Origin: Allosphingosinicella sp.
Lineage (GTDB): Bacteria > Pseudomonadota > Alphaproteobacteria > Sphingomonadales > Sphingomonadaceae
Length of the DNA: 64,000 nt
Assembly: GCF_044225925.1 (NCBI RefSeq)
Contig: NZ_JBGAHY010000020.1
Strand: one strand, 5' to 3'
Below the pieces are notes generated by a model, which saw only the letters and a program-made list of their open reading frames with translations, had not been told where the DNA came from and searched no databases. The translations under genes were made by a program, and so were the position numbers. Positions 27,318-36,249 of this stretch are shown here, piece after piece. Positions within the stretch are counted from its first letter, which is position 1. Every line of letters begins with the position of its first letter.

Positions 27318-27515
27318 TTATGCGCTGGCGGTCGAAGTGAAGCCCAGGCTGGTGATCACCAGGGCGGCGGCAATCGCGAGCAGCTGGTGGGTCGTGCCGT
27401 CCCAGCTGGCGAAGCGCGCGAAGCCCTGGCGCAGGCGGCCAAGCGCCCGGCCGGCCCACAGGCTGAACTCATTGTGATGGGCCACCCAAAGGCGACCACC
27501 CATTTCGTCGATCAT
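27318..27515 (-). CDS. small membrane protein, 65 aa
   Basis: MIDEMGGRLWVAHHNEFSLWAGRALGRLRQGFARFASWDGTTHQLLAIAAALVITSLGFTSTASA. AAGGAA upstream of the ATG at 27515. One C-terminal TM segment. Confidence 0.4.
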   Translation of the reverse strand: MIDEMGGRLWVAHHNEFSLWAGRALGRLRQGFARFASWDGTTHQLLAIAAALVITSLGFTSTASA

Positions 27516-27616
27516 GGTCAGGTTCCTTTTCTTGTCCCGTCGAAATCTTGCTTTCGGCGTGCGGCTCAAATGGCAGGTCGGAGGCCGTACCGCCAACGAA
27601 ACGCTGGACAACTAGT

Positions 27617-27631
27617 ATAAGCAGTGCTTAT
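27617..27631. promoter_or_regulatory. LysR-type T-N11-A palindrome ATAAGCA-G-TGCTTAT
   Basis: Perfect 15-bp palindrome 12 nt upstream of the LysR ATG, in the divergent intergenic region. Confidence 0.55.
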
Positions 27632-27642
27632 GGAGATGACCC

Positions 27643-28563
27643 ATGGCCCGCTTGCCTCCGCTCAGCGCTGTTCGCGTCTTCGAAGCCGCCGCGCGCCACC
27701 AGAATTTCACGCAGGCCGCGGGCGAATTGGGGATGACCCAGGCCGCGGTCTCCTATCAAATCAGGATATTGGAGGAGCGGCTCGGCGCGCCCTTGTTCGC
27801 GCGGGTGAAGGGGCGGGTGCAGCTGACCGAGGCGGGGCGGCGGATCGCGCCATTGGTCGGCAAGGCGTTCGAGACGCTGGAGGATGCCTTTTCCGGCTTC
27901 GTCGCCGAGGACCAGGCGGTGCTGTCGCTCAGTGCCGCGCAGACCATGGCGACGACCTGGCTGGCGCCGCGGCTCGGCAGCTTCCAGGTCCGCCATCCCG
28001 ATCTCGCGGTGCGGCTCTCCACCGACAACCGGCTGGTCGATTTCTCGACCGGCGAGTTTCACGCCGCGATCCGCGTCGGCCGCGGCGACTGGCCGGGCCT
28101 CAGAAGCCATTTCCTGTTCCGCATGTATTTCAGCCCGATCTGCAGCGCCGATTTTGCCGCGGAGCAGAAGTTCACGCGGCCGGAGCAATTGCTCGACGTC
28201 GCGCGACTCAGCCCGCGCGACGAATGGTGGCGGGACTGGCTAGGCGGCGTCGGCGTGGACGACCCCGGCTGCCAGAACGATTCCGGCCTCGTCCTCGACA
28301 ATCAGGTGATGGAAGCCAATGCCGCCTTTGCCGGGGCCGGCATCGGCATGATGACGCCAATGTTCTGGCGCGAGGAGCTGAAGGCGGGCCGGCTCGTCCA
28401 GCCCTTCGACCACGTCCACATCACCGACCGCAGCCACTGGCTGGTCTATCCCGAGAGTCGCCGCAACCAGCCCAAGATCGCCGCCTTCCGCGAGTGGATA
28501 TTGGCCGAGGTGGCGAAGCAGGCGGAGAGCGAGCCCGCGGAGGTGTTCCGGCTTCCCGCCTGA
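27643..28563 (+). CDS. LysR family transcriptional regulator (GcvA/AmpR-like)
   Basis: MARLPPLSAVRVFEAAARHQNFTQAAGELGMTQAAVSYQIRILEERLG helix-turn-helix region. Confidence 0.9.
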   Translation: MARLPPLSAVRVFEAAARHQNFTQAAGELGMTQAAVSYQIRILEERLGAPLFARVKGRVQLTEAGRRIAPLVGKAFETLEDAFSGFVAEDQAVLSLSAAQTMATTWLAPRLGSFQVRHPDLAVRLSTDNRLVDFSTGEFHAAIRVGRGDWPGLRSHFLFRMYFSPICSADFAAEQKFTRPEQLLDVARLSPRDEWWRDWLGGVGVDDPGCQNDSGLVLDNQVMEANAAFAGAGIGMMTPMFWREELKAGRLVQPFDHVHITDRSHWLVYPESRRNQPKIAAFREWILAEVAKQAESEPAEVFRLPA

Positions 28564-28569
28564 AAGTTC

Positions 28570-28626
28570 GGGGGTGGGTGACGGCGCCCCGGCGAGGAAC
28601 GGAGCATCCCGGCCGCACCCACCCCC
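28570..28626. terminator. long hairpin between convergent lysR-type and DUF4349-like genes
   Basis: gggggtgggtg (28570-28580) and cacccaccccc (28616-28626): perfect 11-bp inverted repeat. A further cctccccggggagg palindrome follows. Confidence 0.4.
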
Positions 28627-28661
28627 TGTCCCCTCCCCGGGGAGGAGGGAGGGGGAAACGT

Positions 28662-29621
28662 CTAGGCCTCGGTCGGCGCCGGGGGATTGGCCGGACGGCG
28701 CTTCCGCCAGGCGCGGAAGCCGAGCCAGCCGAGCAGGCCGGTCAGCGCCCAGGGCGAGATCGACACGAACAGGATCAGGATGGTCCTGAGTGCGCCGAGG
28801 AAGTTGCCGGCGGCGCGTGCGGTCGCCTGACCGACCGTCGGCCCGTGCCCCGGCCCCGGCGCGAGCGTGCCCGAGCCGTAGCGGAACTGGATCGGCACCG
28901 TCGCCAGCCTGTGCTCCTGCTCACCGGTCTCCTCGTCGAGCGCGGAGATTTGCTGGCGGAGCGACTGGCGCTGCTCGTTGAGCTGCGTCCGCTCGCCCCT
29001 CGGCAGATTGGGCAAAGCGAGCCGGGCCTGGATGCGGTCCAGCTCGGCCTGCAGGTCTTCCAGCTGGCCGGTATTGGCCTTGAGCGGGGTGCCGACATCG
29101 GTGCCGTTGACGCCGCTTTCGGTCAGCTCGCCATCCGCCGCGGTGACGGCGCGGACGCTCTCGCGGCCGAACTGGTCGGCGATCGCGCTGTCGACAGAGA
29201 AGGAGAGGCTTGCCTCGACATCCTCGTCATTGACCGCGCGATAATCGATGCCGGTGACCTGGCAGCGCGGGCCGTAGCGGGCGCAGAGCTCCTGATGCTC
29301 GCGCTGCATGCCGGCGATGCGGTCGGCGTCGAGCCGGAAGGAATAGCGGTAATCGAAGGCGATGCCGGGCGCCAAATTCGGGTCGATGGCGGGCGCGGTG
29401 CCCTGGTCGGCCTGACTACTGCGCGGGGCAGGCAGCTCGGGCGGAATGGCATTGGCCTCGCTCGCGCTGGTGCTCGCATTCGCGCTGGCGCTGACGTTGG
29501 ACGCGTTGGTCCGCGGGGCGGGAGTCGGCGTGGCATTGGTGCCGTTGCCGTCATGGCCGGCCTGGCCGCAGCCGGCGGTGGTGGCGAGCAACAGGGCCAG
29601 CAAGGGGGAAAAGCGTTTCAT
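28662..29621 (-). CDS. DUF4349-like lipoprotein, paralog 1
   Basis: Start re-picked at MKRFSPLLALLLATTAGC. Central coiled-coil region and a C-terminal TM region LILFVSISPWALTGLLGWLGF. Confidence 0.6.
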   Translation of the reverse strand: MKRFSPLLALLLATTAGCGQAGHDGNGTNATPTPAPRTNASNVSASANASTSASEANAIPPELPAPRSSQADQGTAPAIDPNLAPGIAFDYRYSFRLDADRIAGMQREHQELCARYGPRCQVTGIDYRAVNDEDVEASLSFSVDSAIADQFGRESVRAVTAADGELTESGVNGTDVGTPLKANTGQLEDLQAELDRIQARLALPNLPRGERTQLNEQRQSLRQQISALDEETGEQEHRLATVPIQFRYGSGTLAPGPGHGPTVGQATARAAGNFLGALRTILILFVSISPWALTGLLGWLGFRAWRKRRPANPPAPTEA

Positions 29622-29678
29622 GTCAGGTCTCCTCTTGTTGATATTTATTTCTATCAAATCAGTAGAGAATGAGTCGGA

Positions 29679-29733
29679 GGTGGGTGGCGCCCAGGTCCCG
29701 CAAGGGCCGGGAGATTGCCGCGCCGCCCACCCC
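29679..29733. terminator. hairpin downstream of DUF4349-like paralog 2, homologous to 28570-28626
   Basis: ggtgggtggcgc / gcgccgcccacc (one mismatch), followed by a cccctcccccggggag palindrome. Confidence 0.35.
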
Positions 29734-29770
29734 CTTACCCCTCCCCCGGGGAGCGGGGAGGGGAGGGAGC

Positions 29771-30709
29771 TCAGGCCTCCGCCGGCTCCGTTGCGGTCTC
29801 CGCGGCCGGGGCCTTCGGGAACCAGCGGCGCCGGACGTAAAGGCCGAGCGCGCCGATCAGCAGCAGGGTGAGCAGCCAGGGGGCGACGCGGATCAGGGCG
29901 GCGAGCACGGCGGTGCCGCCATGCTTGAAGTCGGTCCAGGCCTTCCCCAGTGCTTCGCCGAGGCTCTCCGGCGGCTTGTAGCCGGGGACCAGATCGCCTG
30001 AGCCGTAATTGAACACCATCGGGGTGGTCGCGAGGCTTTCCTGCGACGCTTGCCGCTGGTCGCCGAGCGCGCGGATCTGCTCGCGGAGCTGCTCCGCCTG
30101 GGCCTGCAGCTCGGCGCGTTCCTCGTCGCCGATGCGGCCGGCGAGGCGTTGCTGGATGCGGGTCAGGTCGGCCTGCAGCCGCGCGATGTCGGTGCCCGCC
30201 TGGCGAATCTGGCCGCCGGCATCGACGCCGCTGATCTCATTCTCGGTCAGCTGGCCCTCGGCCTGCAGCACCGCCTCGGTCGCCTGGCGGCCGAAGGCGC
30301 GAGCGATGCCCGGATCGAGCTTCAGCTCCAGCCGCGCCCGGATGTCCTCCGGGCCGAGCACCTGATAATGCATGCCGGTGATCCGGCACCGGGCGACGGT
30401 CAGCGCCTCGCACATCGCCGCATGCCGCTCCTGCAGCTCGGCGACGCGCTGCCAGGCGAGGGCGTAGGAATAGTTGTAGTTGAAGGCGACGCCGGGGGCG
30501 GCGGTCGGCGAAATGTTCGGCCCGCCGGCGGCGCGGCCCGAGGCGCTGTCCGCCGACATCGAGGCGGGGGCGGGGGGAGCCGCTTCGGACACGGCATTGC
30601 TCGCGACAGCGTCGCGCATTGGTTCCTGATTTTGGGGGCTGCGATTGCCACCGCCGCAGGAGGCGGTGCCGGCGAGAAGCAGAACAAGGAGGGGGAGTGA
30701 ACGACGCAC
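29771..30709 (-). CDS. DUF4349-like lipoprotein, paralog 2
   Basis: GTG start with AGGAG upstream. VRRSLPLLVLLLAGTASC lipobox. Same architecture as paralog 1. Confidence 0.6.
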   Translation of the reverse strand: MRRSLPLLVLLLAGTASCGGGNRSPQNQEPMRDAVASNAVSEAAPPAPASMSADSASGRAAGGPNISPTAAPGVAFNYNYSYALAWQRVAELQERHAAMCEALTVARCRITGMHYQVLGPEDIRARLELKLDPGIARAFGRQATEAVLQAEGQLTENEISGVDAGGQIRQAGTDIARLQADLTRIQQRLAGRIGDEERAELQAQAEQLREQIRALGDQRQASQESLATTPMVFNYGSGDLVPGYKPPESLGEALGKAWTDFKHGGTAVLAALIRVAPWLLTLLLIGALGLYVRRRWFPKAPAAETATEPAEA

Positions 30710-30932
30710 GATCAGGTCTCCTCTTGTTATAACGTCTCATTTTCTATCACAAAGGTAGAGATTAGCAAGCGGTTCTAATTACGCTTTCTCAAGGGGTTAA
30801 AGATTCTCCGGTCAATCCCCGGGCATGTCCGCAGCGGCCGAGTCGCAGCGCCGCACCCAGCCCTCACAGAAGGCTGTGGATGTTTCCTCGAACCGGCTCG
30901 CCAGCGAGAATCCACGCTGCTAACGCACCCGC

Positions 30933-33182
30933 ATGAGTGACGAATTCGATACGCTTACCAAACAGCCGTTCGACGATGCGCCCTTCGGACAGGCCCTGTC
31001 CCAGCGTTACCTGGTCTATGCCCTGTCCACGATCACCGCGCGTTCGCTGCCGGACCTGCGCGACGGGCTGAAGCCGGTGCAGCGCCGGCTGCTGTGGGCG
31101 ATGCGGCAGCTGAAGCTCGATCCCGGCAATCCCTACAAGAAGAGCGCCTCGGTGGTCGGCGAGGTGATCGGCAAGTATCACCCGCATGGCGACGCCTCGA
31201 TTTACGATGCGATGGTCCGCCTCGCGCAGGATTTCTCGCTCCGCTACCCGCTCGTCGACGGGCAGGGCAATTTCGGCAATATCGACGGCGATAACGCCGC
31301 CGCCTTCCGCTACACCGAGGCGCGGCTGACCGCGGTCGCCGCCGACCTGATCCAGGGCCTCGACGAAGGCACGGTCGAGTATCGCAAGAGCTTCAGCGGG
31401 GAATATGAAGAGCCCGAGCTGATGCCGGGCCTCTTCCCGAACCTGCTCGCCAATGGCGCGAGCGGCATCGCCGTCGGCATGGCGACCTCGATCCCGCCGC
31501 ACAATGCGGCCGAGCTGATCGACGCCGCCACCATCCTGATCGACGAGCCGAAGGCGAGCGACGCGCAATTGCTGGAGGTGGTGAAGGGCCCGGACTTCCC
31601 GACCGGCGGCGTGCTGGTCGATGCGCCGGAGATCATCGCTCAGGCTTATGCCACCGGGCGCGGCGCCTTCCGGGTGCGCGCGCGCTGGACGATCGAGAAG
31701 GGGTCGCAAGGGTCGTGGACCGCGGTGGTCAGCGCAATCCCCTACCAGGTGCCGAAGGGCAAGTTGATCGAGCAGATCGCGGCTTTGATCTCCGACAAGA
31801 AGCTCCCGATCCTGGCCGACGTGCGCGACGAATCCGACGAGCAGGTGCGGATCGTCATCGAGCCGCGCAGCCGCACCGTCGACCCCGACGTGCTGATGGA
31901 AAGCCTGTTCCGGCTCACCGATCTCGAAGTCCGGGTGCCGCTCAACCTGAACGTGCTCGACGCGACGCGGACTCCGGGCGTGCTGAGCCTGCGCGAAGTG
32001 CTGGTGCAATGGGTCACGTTCCAGCTGGAGGTGCTGGTCCGCCGCGCGAACCACCGGATCGGCAAGATCGACGACCGGCTGGAACTGCTCCGGGGCTATA
32101 TCATCGCCTTCCTCAACCTCGACCGGGTGATCGAGATCATCCGCACCGAGGACGAGCCCAAGCCGGTAATGATGGATGAGTTCGCCCTGACCGACCGGCA
32201 GGCCGAGGCGATCCTCAACATGCGGCTGCGCAGCTTGCGGCGGCTGGAGGAGATGCAGCTCAAGAAGGAGCAGGACGAGCTCAGCAAGGAGCGCGAGAGC
32301 CTGCAGCAGCTGGTCGATTCACCGGCGCGCCAGCGTACCCGCCTGAAGAAGGATCTCGCCGCGCTCCGGGTGAAGTACGGCCCGGAGACCGCGCTCGGCG
32401 CCCGCCGCACCGCGATCGAGGAGGCGGCGCCGGCCCGCGAGATCCCGCTCGAGGCGATGATCGAGCGCGAGCCGATTACCGTGATCCTCTCCAAGCGCGG
32501 CTGGATCCGCGCGATGAAGGGCCATGTCGAGGTCACCAATCCCGAGGCGCTGAAGTTCAAGGAAGGCGACGAGCTCGCCTTCATGTTCACCGCGCACACC
32601 ACGGACAAATTGCTGCTCGCTTCATCGGACGGCCGCTTCTACACGCTCGCCGCCGACAAGCTCCCTGGCGGGCGCGGCTTCGGCGAGCCGGTCAAGCTGA
32701 TGGTCGACATCGAGGGCGAGGGGAATGTCGTCGCCTTGCTTCGCGCCGGCGCGGCGGAGAAATTGCTGCTCGCCTCGTCCGACGGGCGCGGCTTCGTCAC
32801 CTCCTCGGCCGGCGCGATCGCCGAGACCCGCAAGGGCCGGCAGATCGTCAATCTGCGCCCCGGCCAGACGCTGCGCGTCGTGCGGCCGATCCCGGTCGGC
32901 CATGACTATCTCGCGGTGGTTGGCGAGAACCGTAAGCTGGTCGTCTATCCGGTCGCGGAGCTTCCGGAGATGGGCCGCGGCCAGGGCGTGCAATTGCAGC
33001 GTTACCGCGACGGCGGCCTTGCCGATGCGAAGACCTACAATGCGGCGGAAGGCCTGTCCTGGCCGATGGGCGGGGAGGGCGGCCGCACCCGCACCGAGGA
33101 TATGAGCCCCTGGCGCACCGCCCGCGGCGCGGCGGGGCGGATGCCGCCCCAGGGCTTCCCGCGGGACAACCGCTTCGGCTGA
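30933..33182 (+). CDS. parC: DNA topoisomerase IV subunit A
   Basis: [51 protein letters not shown] active-site Tyr region; 749 aa. Confidence 0.9.
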   Translation: MSDEFDTLTKQPFDDAPFGQALSQRYLVYALSTITARSLPDLRDGLKPVQRRLLWAMRQLKLDPGNPYKKSASVVGEVIGKYHPHGDASIYDAMVRLAQDFSLRYPLVDGQGNFGNIDGDNAAAFRYTEARLTAVAADLIQGLDEGTVEYRKSFSGEYEEPELMPGLFPNLLANGASGIAVGMATSIPPHNAAELIDAATILIDEPKASDAQLLEVVKGPDFPTGGVLVDAPEIIAQAYATGRGAFRVRARWTIEKGSQGSWTAVVSAIPYQVPKGKLIEQIAALISDKKLPILADVRDESDEQVRIVIEPRSRTVDPDVLMESLFRLTDLEVRVPLNLNVLDATRTPGVLSLREVLVQWVTFQLEVLVRRANHRIGKIDDRLELLRGYIIAFLNLDRVIEIIRTEDEPKPVMMDEFALTDRQAEAILNMRLRSLRRLEEMQLKKEQDELSKERESLQQLVDSPARQRTRLKKDLAALRVKYGPETALGARRTAIEEAAPAREIPLEAMIEREPITVILSKRGWIRAMKGHVEVTNPEALKFKEGDELAFMFTAHTTDKLLLASSDGRFYTLAADKLPGGRGFGEPVKLMVDIEGEGNVVALLRAGAAEKLLLASSDGRGFVTSSAGAIAETRKGRQIVNLRPGQTLRVVRPIPVGHDYLAVVGENRKLVVYPVAELPEMGRGQGVQLQRYRDGGLADAKTYNAAEGLSWPMGGEGGRTRTEDMSPWRTARGAAGRMPPQGFPRDNRFG

Positions 33183-33421
33183 AGACTTGTCGCAATCTTT
33201 CCTGCAGGGCGCGTCCTACCCTTGGGACCCGTAGTTCCCGCACACAATTTGATACAATTTTGGCCGGCCGGCCCACTTGCCGTTCATCCTGCAACGCATA
33301 AATGCGCCCTTCACCGCCTCGCTCCAAAGCGCGGGGCCTATAGCCCTTGGGGGGGTCCTAAGCGTGCGGTTCAGCAAAGTGTCCATCCTGCTGCTGGCGG
33401 GAACCAGTCTCTCGCCAGCCT

Positions 33422-36160
33422 ATGCGCAGCGTGGCCCCGGCGCCGGCGCCCGCTCAGGCGACGCCGCCGGCCGCGCAGCCGGAGGCGACCGAAGCGCAGG
33501 TCCCTGCCGCCGCCGCACCTGCCGCGACCGAGGGCGACGGCCAGGACATCGTCGTCACCGGCCAAAGGCTGCGCGGCGAGGTCGAGGGCAATATCCGCCC
33601 GGAGCAAAGGCTCGATGAAAATGCGATCCGCTCCTACGGCGCCGCGACGATCGGCGAGCTGGTCGACGCGCTCGCGCCGCAGACCCGTTCCGGCCGCGGC
33701 CGCTCGGACGGGCCGCCGGTCATCCTGCTCAATGGCCAGCGCATCGCCGGCTTCGGCGAGATCCGCGAGCTGCCGCCCGAGGCGATCGAGCGGGTCGACA
33801 TCCTGCCGGAGGAAGCCGCGCTCAATTATGGCTACCGGCCCGACCAGCGGGTCATCAACATCGTCCTCAAGGAGAATTTCCGCGCCCTCACGATTGCGGG
33901 CGGCGCCTCTTTCGCCACGGCGGGAGGGCAGACCACCCTGGACACGAATTCCAATTTCGTCCGGATCAGCCGGACCGCGCGCTGGTCGATCGACGGCCGC
34001 TATACGAGAAGCGATTCGCTGCTGGAGAGCGAGCGCGACCTTATCCAGTCGGCGCCGGCGCTGCCCTTCGATCTCGCCGGCAATGTCGGCTCTTTCCCCT
34101 ACAATCCGGCGAACCAGGTCGATCCGGCGCTGAGCGCGCTGGCGGGCCGGCCCGTTACCGTTGCCGGCGTACCCGTCTCGGCCGCGACGGGCGCGCCGAC
34201 GCTCGCCTCGTTCGTGCCGGGTGCGAACAACCCGAATGTCACCGATCTCGGCCCCTATCGCTCGTTGCTGCCGAAGACCGACACGTTCAACATCAACGGC
34301 ACCTACAGTCGCCGCTTCGGCCGGGTCGGCGCGACCGTGAACGCCCGCTTCAACCGGGTGACGAACGAGAGCCGGCTCGGCCTGCCGTCGCTGGCCCTGA
34401 CCCTGCCCGACACCAATCCCTATTCGCCCTTCTCGCAGGACGTCAGCCTGTTCCGCTATTCGGACGCGGGCGGCGCGCTGCTCCGCGAGAGCGAGACGAA
34501 TACTGCCCATGGCGGCCTCACCCTGGACAGTAATATCGGGCGCTGGCGCTGGACCTTCACCGCCAATTACGACGTGGCGAAGAACGACACCCACACCGAC
34601 ACCAATCTCGATCCGTCGGCGATCCAAGCCCGGCTCAACGCCAATGATCCGGCGCTCAACCCGTTCGGGACGTTCGATCCCAGCCTGCTGGTGATGCGGC
34701 CGCAGGACCGGGCCCAGTCGACCAACAGCTCCGGCGACGCGCAGATCGTGTTCAACGGCTCGCCCTTCCGGCTGCCGGCTGGCTCGGTGACCACCAGCCT
34801 CACCCTGCAGGGCACGACGCTCGATCTCAGCAGCGAGACGCTGCGCGCCGGTGTCACCACCAATCGCGATCTCAGCCGCGACCGGGGCGCCGTGCTCGGC
34901 AGCATCGACCTGCCGATTACCAGCCGCCGCGAAGGCTTTGGCGGGAAGATCGGCGACATCTCGCTGAACTTCAATTTCGAGGTCGAGCATCTCTCCGACT
35001 TCGGCACGATGCGGACGCTTGGCTATGGCGTGCGCTGGTCGCCGATCGAGATGCTCGATCTTGCCGTCTCGATCACCGACGAGGATGGTGCCCCGACCGT
35101 CTCGCAGCTCGGCGACCCGACCCTGGTCACGCCGAATTCCCGCGTGTTCGATTTCGTCCGCGGCGAGACGGTGGACGTGACCAGCATCTCCGGCGGCAAC
35201 CCATTGCTCAGCGGCGACAATCGCCACGTCTTCGGCGCGCGCGCGAATCTGCGGCTAATGGGCGGCGGCGGCCCCGGCCAGCCGAACCTTTCGTTCAGTG
35301 CCAATTACACAGAGACCCGGATCGACAATCCGATCTCCTCTTTCCCGATCGCGACCTCGGAGATCGAGGCGGCCTTCCCGGGCCGGTTCCTGCGCGGGCC
35401 GGACGGGCGGCTGCTGCAGATCGACACGCGGCCGGTCAATTTCGCCCGCTCCGAGCGGCGCGAATTGCGCTGGGGCTTCAACTTCCAGAAGCCCTTCGCG
35501 CCGCCCCCTGGCGCAGCCCGTCCGGGGATACCGGGCGTCGGCGGCGGGCGTGGCGAGGGTGGCCGTGGCCCAGGCATGGGCGGCGGCGGACGCGGCGGCG
35601 GCTTCGGCGGGCCCGGCGGCGGCGGTTTCCGCGGCGGCGGCCGCGGCGGCTTCGGCGGCCCGGGCGGCGGCGGCATCCAGGTTTCGCTGTTCCACACCTG
35701 GCGCTTCGCCGACAATGTGCTGATCCGACAGGGCGTACCCGAGCTCGATTATCTGAACGGCTCCGCTTACAGCGGCCGCGGCGGCCGGCCGCGCCACGAG
35801 CTCGAGCTCTCGGCGGGCGTGTTCAAGAACGGCTTCGGCGGCTTCCTCCAGGCGAACTGGAACAGCGGCACCACCGTCAATGGCGGCCCGATCGCTGGCG
35901 GCGGGGCGAGCAGCGACCTGCATTTCTCGTCCTACTCGACGGTCAATCTCAACCTGTTCGCCGATCTCTCGCAGCGGCCACGCCTGATCGCACGCTATCC
36001 GTGGCTGAAGGGGACGCGGCTGTTCGTCGGCGTCCAGAACGTCTTCGACACGCATCTCAACGTGCGCGACGCGAACGGCGCGGTGCCCTTGTCCTACCAG
36101 CCCGATTATCTCGATCCGCTCGGCCGCTCGATCCGGGTCGGTATCCGCCGGCTCTTCTAG
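33422..36160 (+). CDS. TonB-dependent-receptor-like outer-membrane protein (its signal peptide lies in another frame upstream, 33364-33429)
   Basis: Plug-like DIVVTGQR...VILLNGQRI...IERVDILPEEAALNYG, a long beta-rich body and a C-terminal ...GIRRLF. No signal peptide is present in this frame. Confidence 0.7.
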   Translation: MRSVAPAPAPAQATPPAAQPEATEAQVPAAAAPAATEGDGQDIVVTGQRLRGEVEGNIRPEQRLDENAIRSYGAATIGELVDALAPQTRSGRGRSDGPPVILLNGQRIAGFGEIRELPPEAIERVDILPEEAALNYGYRPDQRVINIVLKENFRALTIAGGASFATAGGQTTLDTNSNFVRISRTARWSIDGRYTRSDSLLESERDLIQSAPALPFDLAGNVGSFPYNPANQVDPALSALAGRPVTVAGVPVSAATGAPTLASFVPGANNPNVTDLGPYRSLLPKTDTFNINGTYSRRFGRVGATVNARFNRVTNESRLGLPSLALTLPDTNPYSPFSQDVSLFRYSDAGGALLRESETNTAHGGLTLDSNIGRWRWTFTANYDVAKNDTHTDTNLDPSAIQARLNANDPALNPFGTFDPSLLVMRPQDRAQSTNSSGDAQIVFNGSPFRLPAGSVTTSLTLQGTTLDLSSETLRAGVTTNRDLSRDRGAVLGSIDLPITSRREGFGGKIGDISLNFNFEVEHLSDFGTMRTLGYGVRWSPIEMLDLAVSITDEDGAPTVSQLGDPTLVTPNSRVFDFVRGETVDVTSISGGNPLLSGDNRHVFGARANLRLMGGGGPGQPNLSFSANYTETRIDNPISSFPIATSEIEAAFPGRFLRGPDGRLLQIDTRPVNFARSERRELRWGFNFQKPFAPPPGAARPGIPGVGGGRGEGGRGPGMGGGGRGGGFGGPGGGGFRGGGRGGFGGPGGGGIQVSLFHTWRFADNVLIRQGVPELDYLNGSAYSGRGGRPRHELELSAGVFKNGFGGFLQANWNSGTTVNGGPIAGGGASSDLHFSSYSTVNLNLFADLSQRPRLIARYPWLKGTRLFVGVQNVFDTHLNVRDANGAVPLSYQPDYLDPLGRSIRVGIRRLF
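35534..35674 (+). repeat. GGC-rich coding repeat (Gly/Arg/Phe low-complexity insertion)
   Basis: Encodes GVGGGRGEGGRGPGMGGGGRGGGFGGPGGGGFRGGGRGGFGGPGGGG. It contains two roughly 33-nt near-identical units, at about 35591-35626 and 35642-35674. Confidence 0.7.
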
Positions 36161-36249
36161 GTAAATCCGCGAGCATCCGCAGATATTTACCGCGTTTGCC
36201 GAACGCAAATCTCAACGCGGCGTTAACCCTGTTTGGCTAAGGCCGAGGG

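Noticed and set aside
35534-35674. The GGC-rich tandem region considered as a non-coding microsatellite.
   Set aside because: It is in frame inside a long ORF with flanking beta-barrel-type sequence. It is therefore treated as a coding low-complexity insertion and reported as a finding instead.
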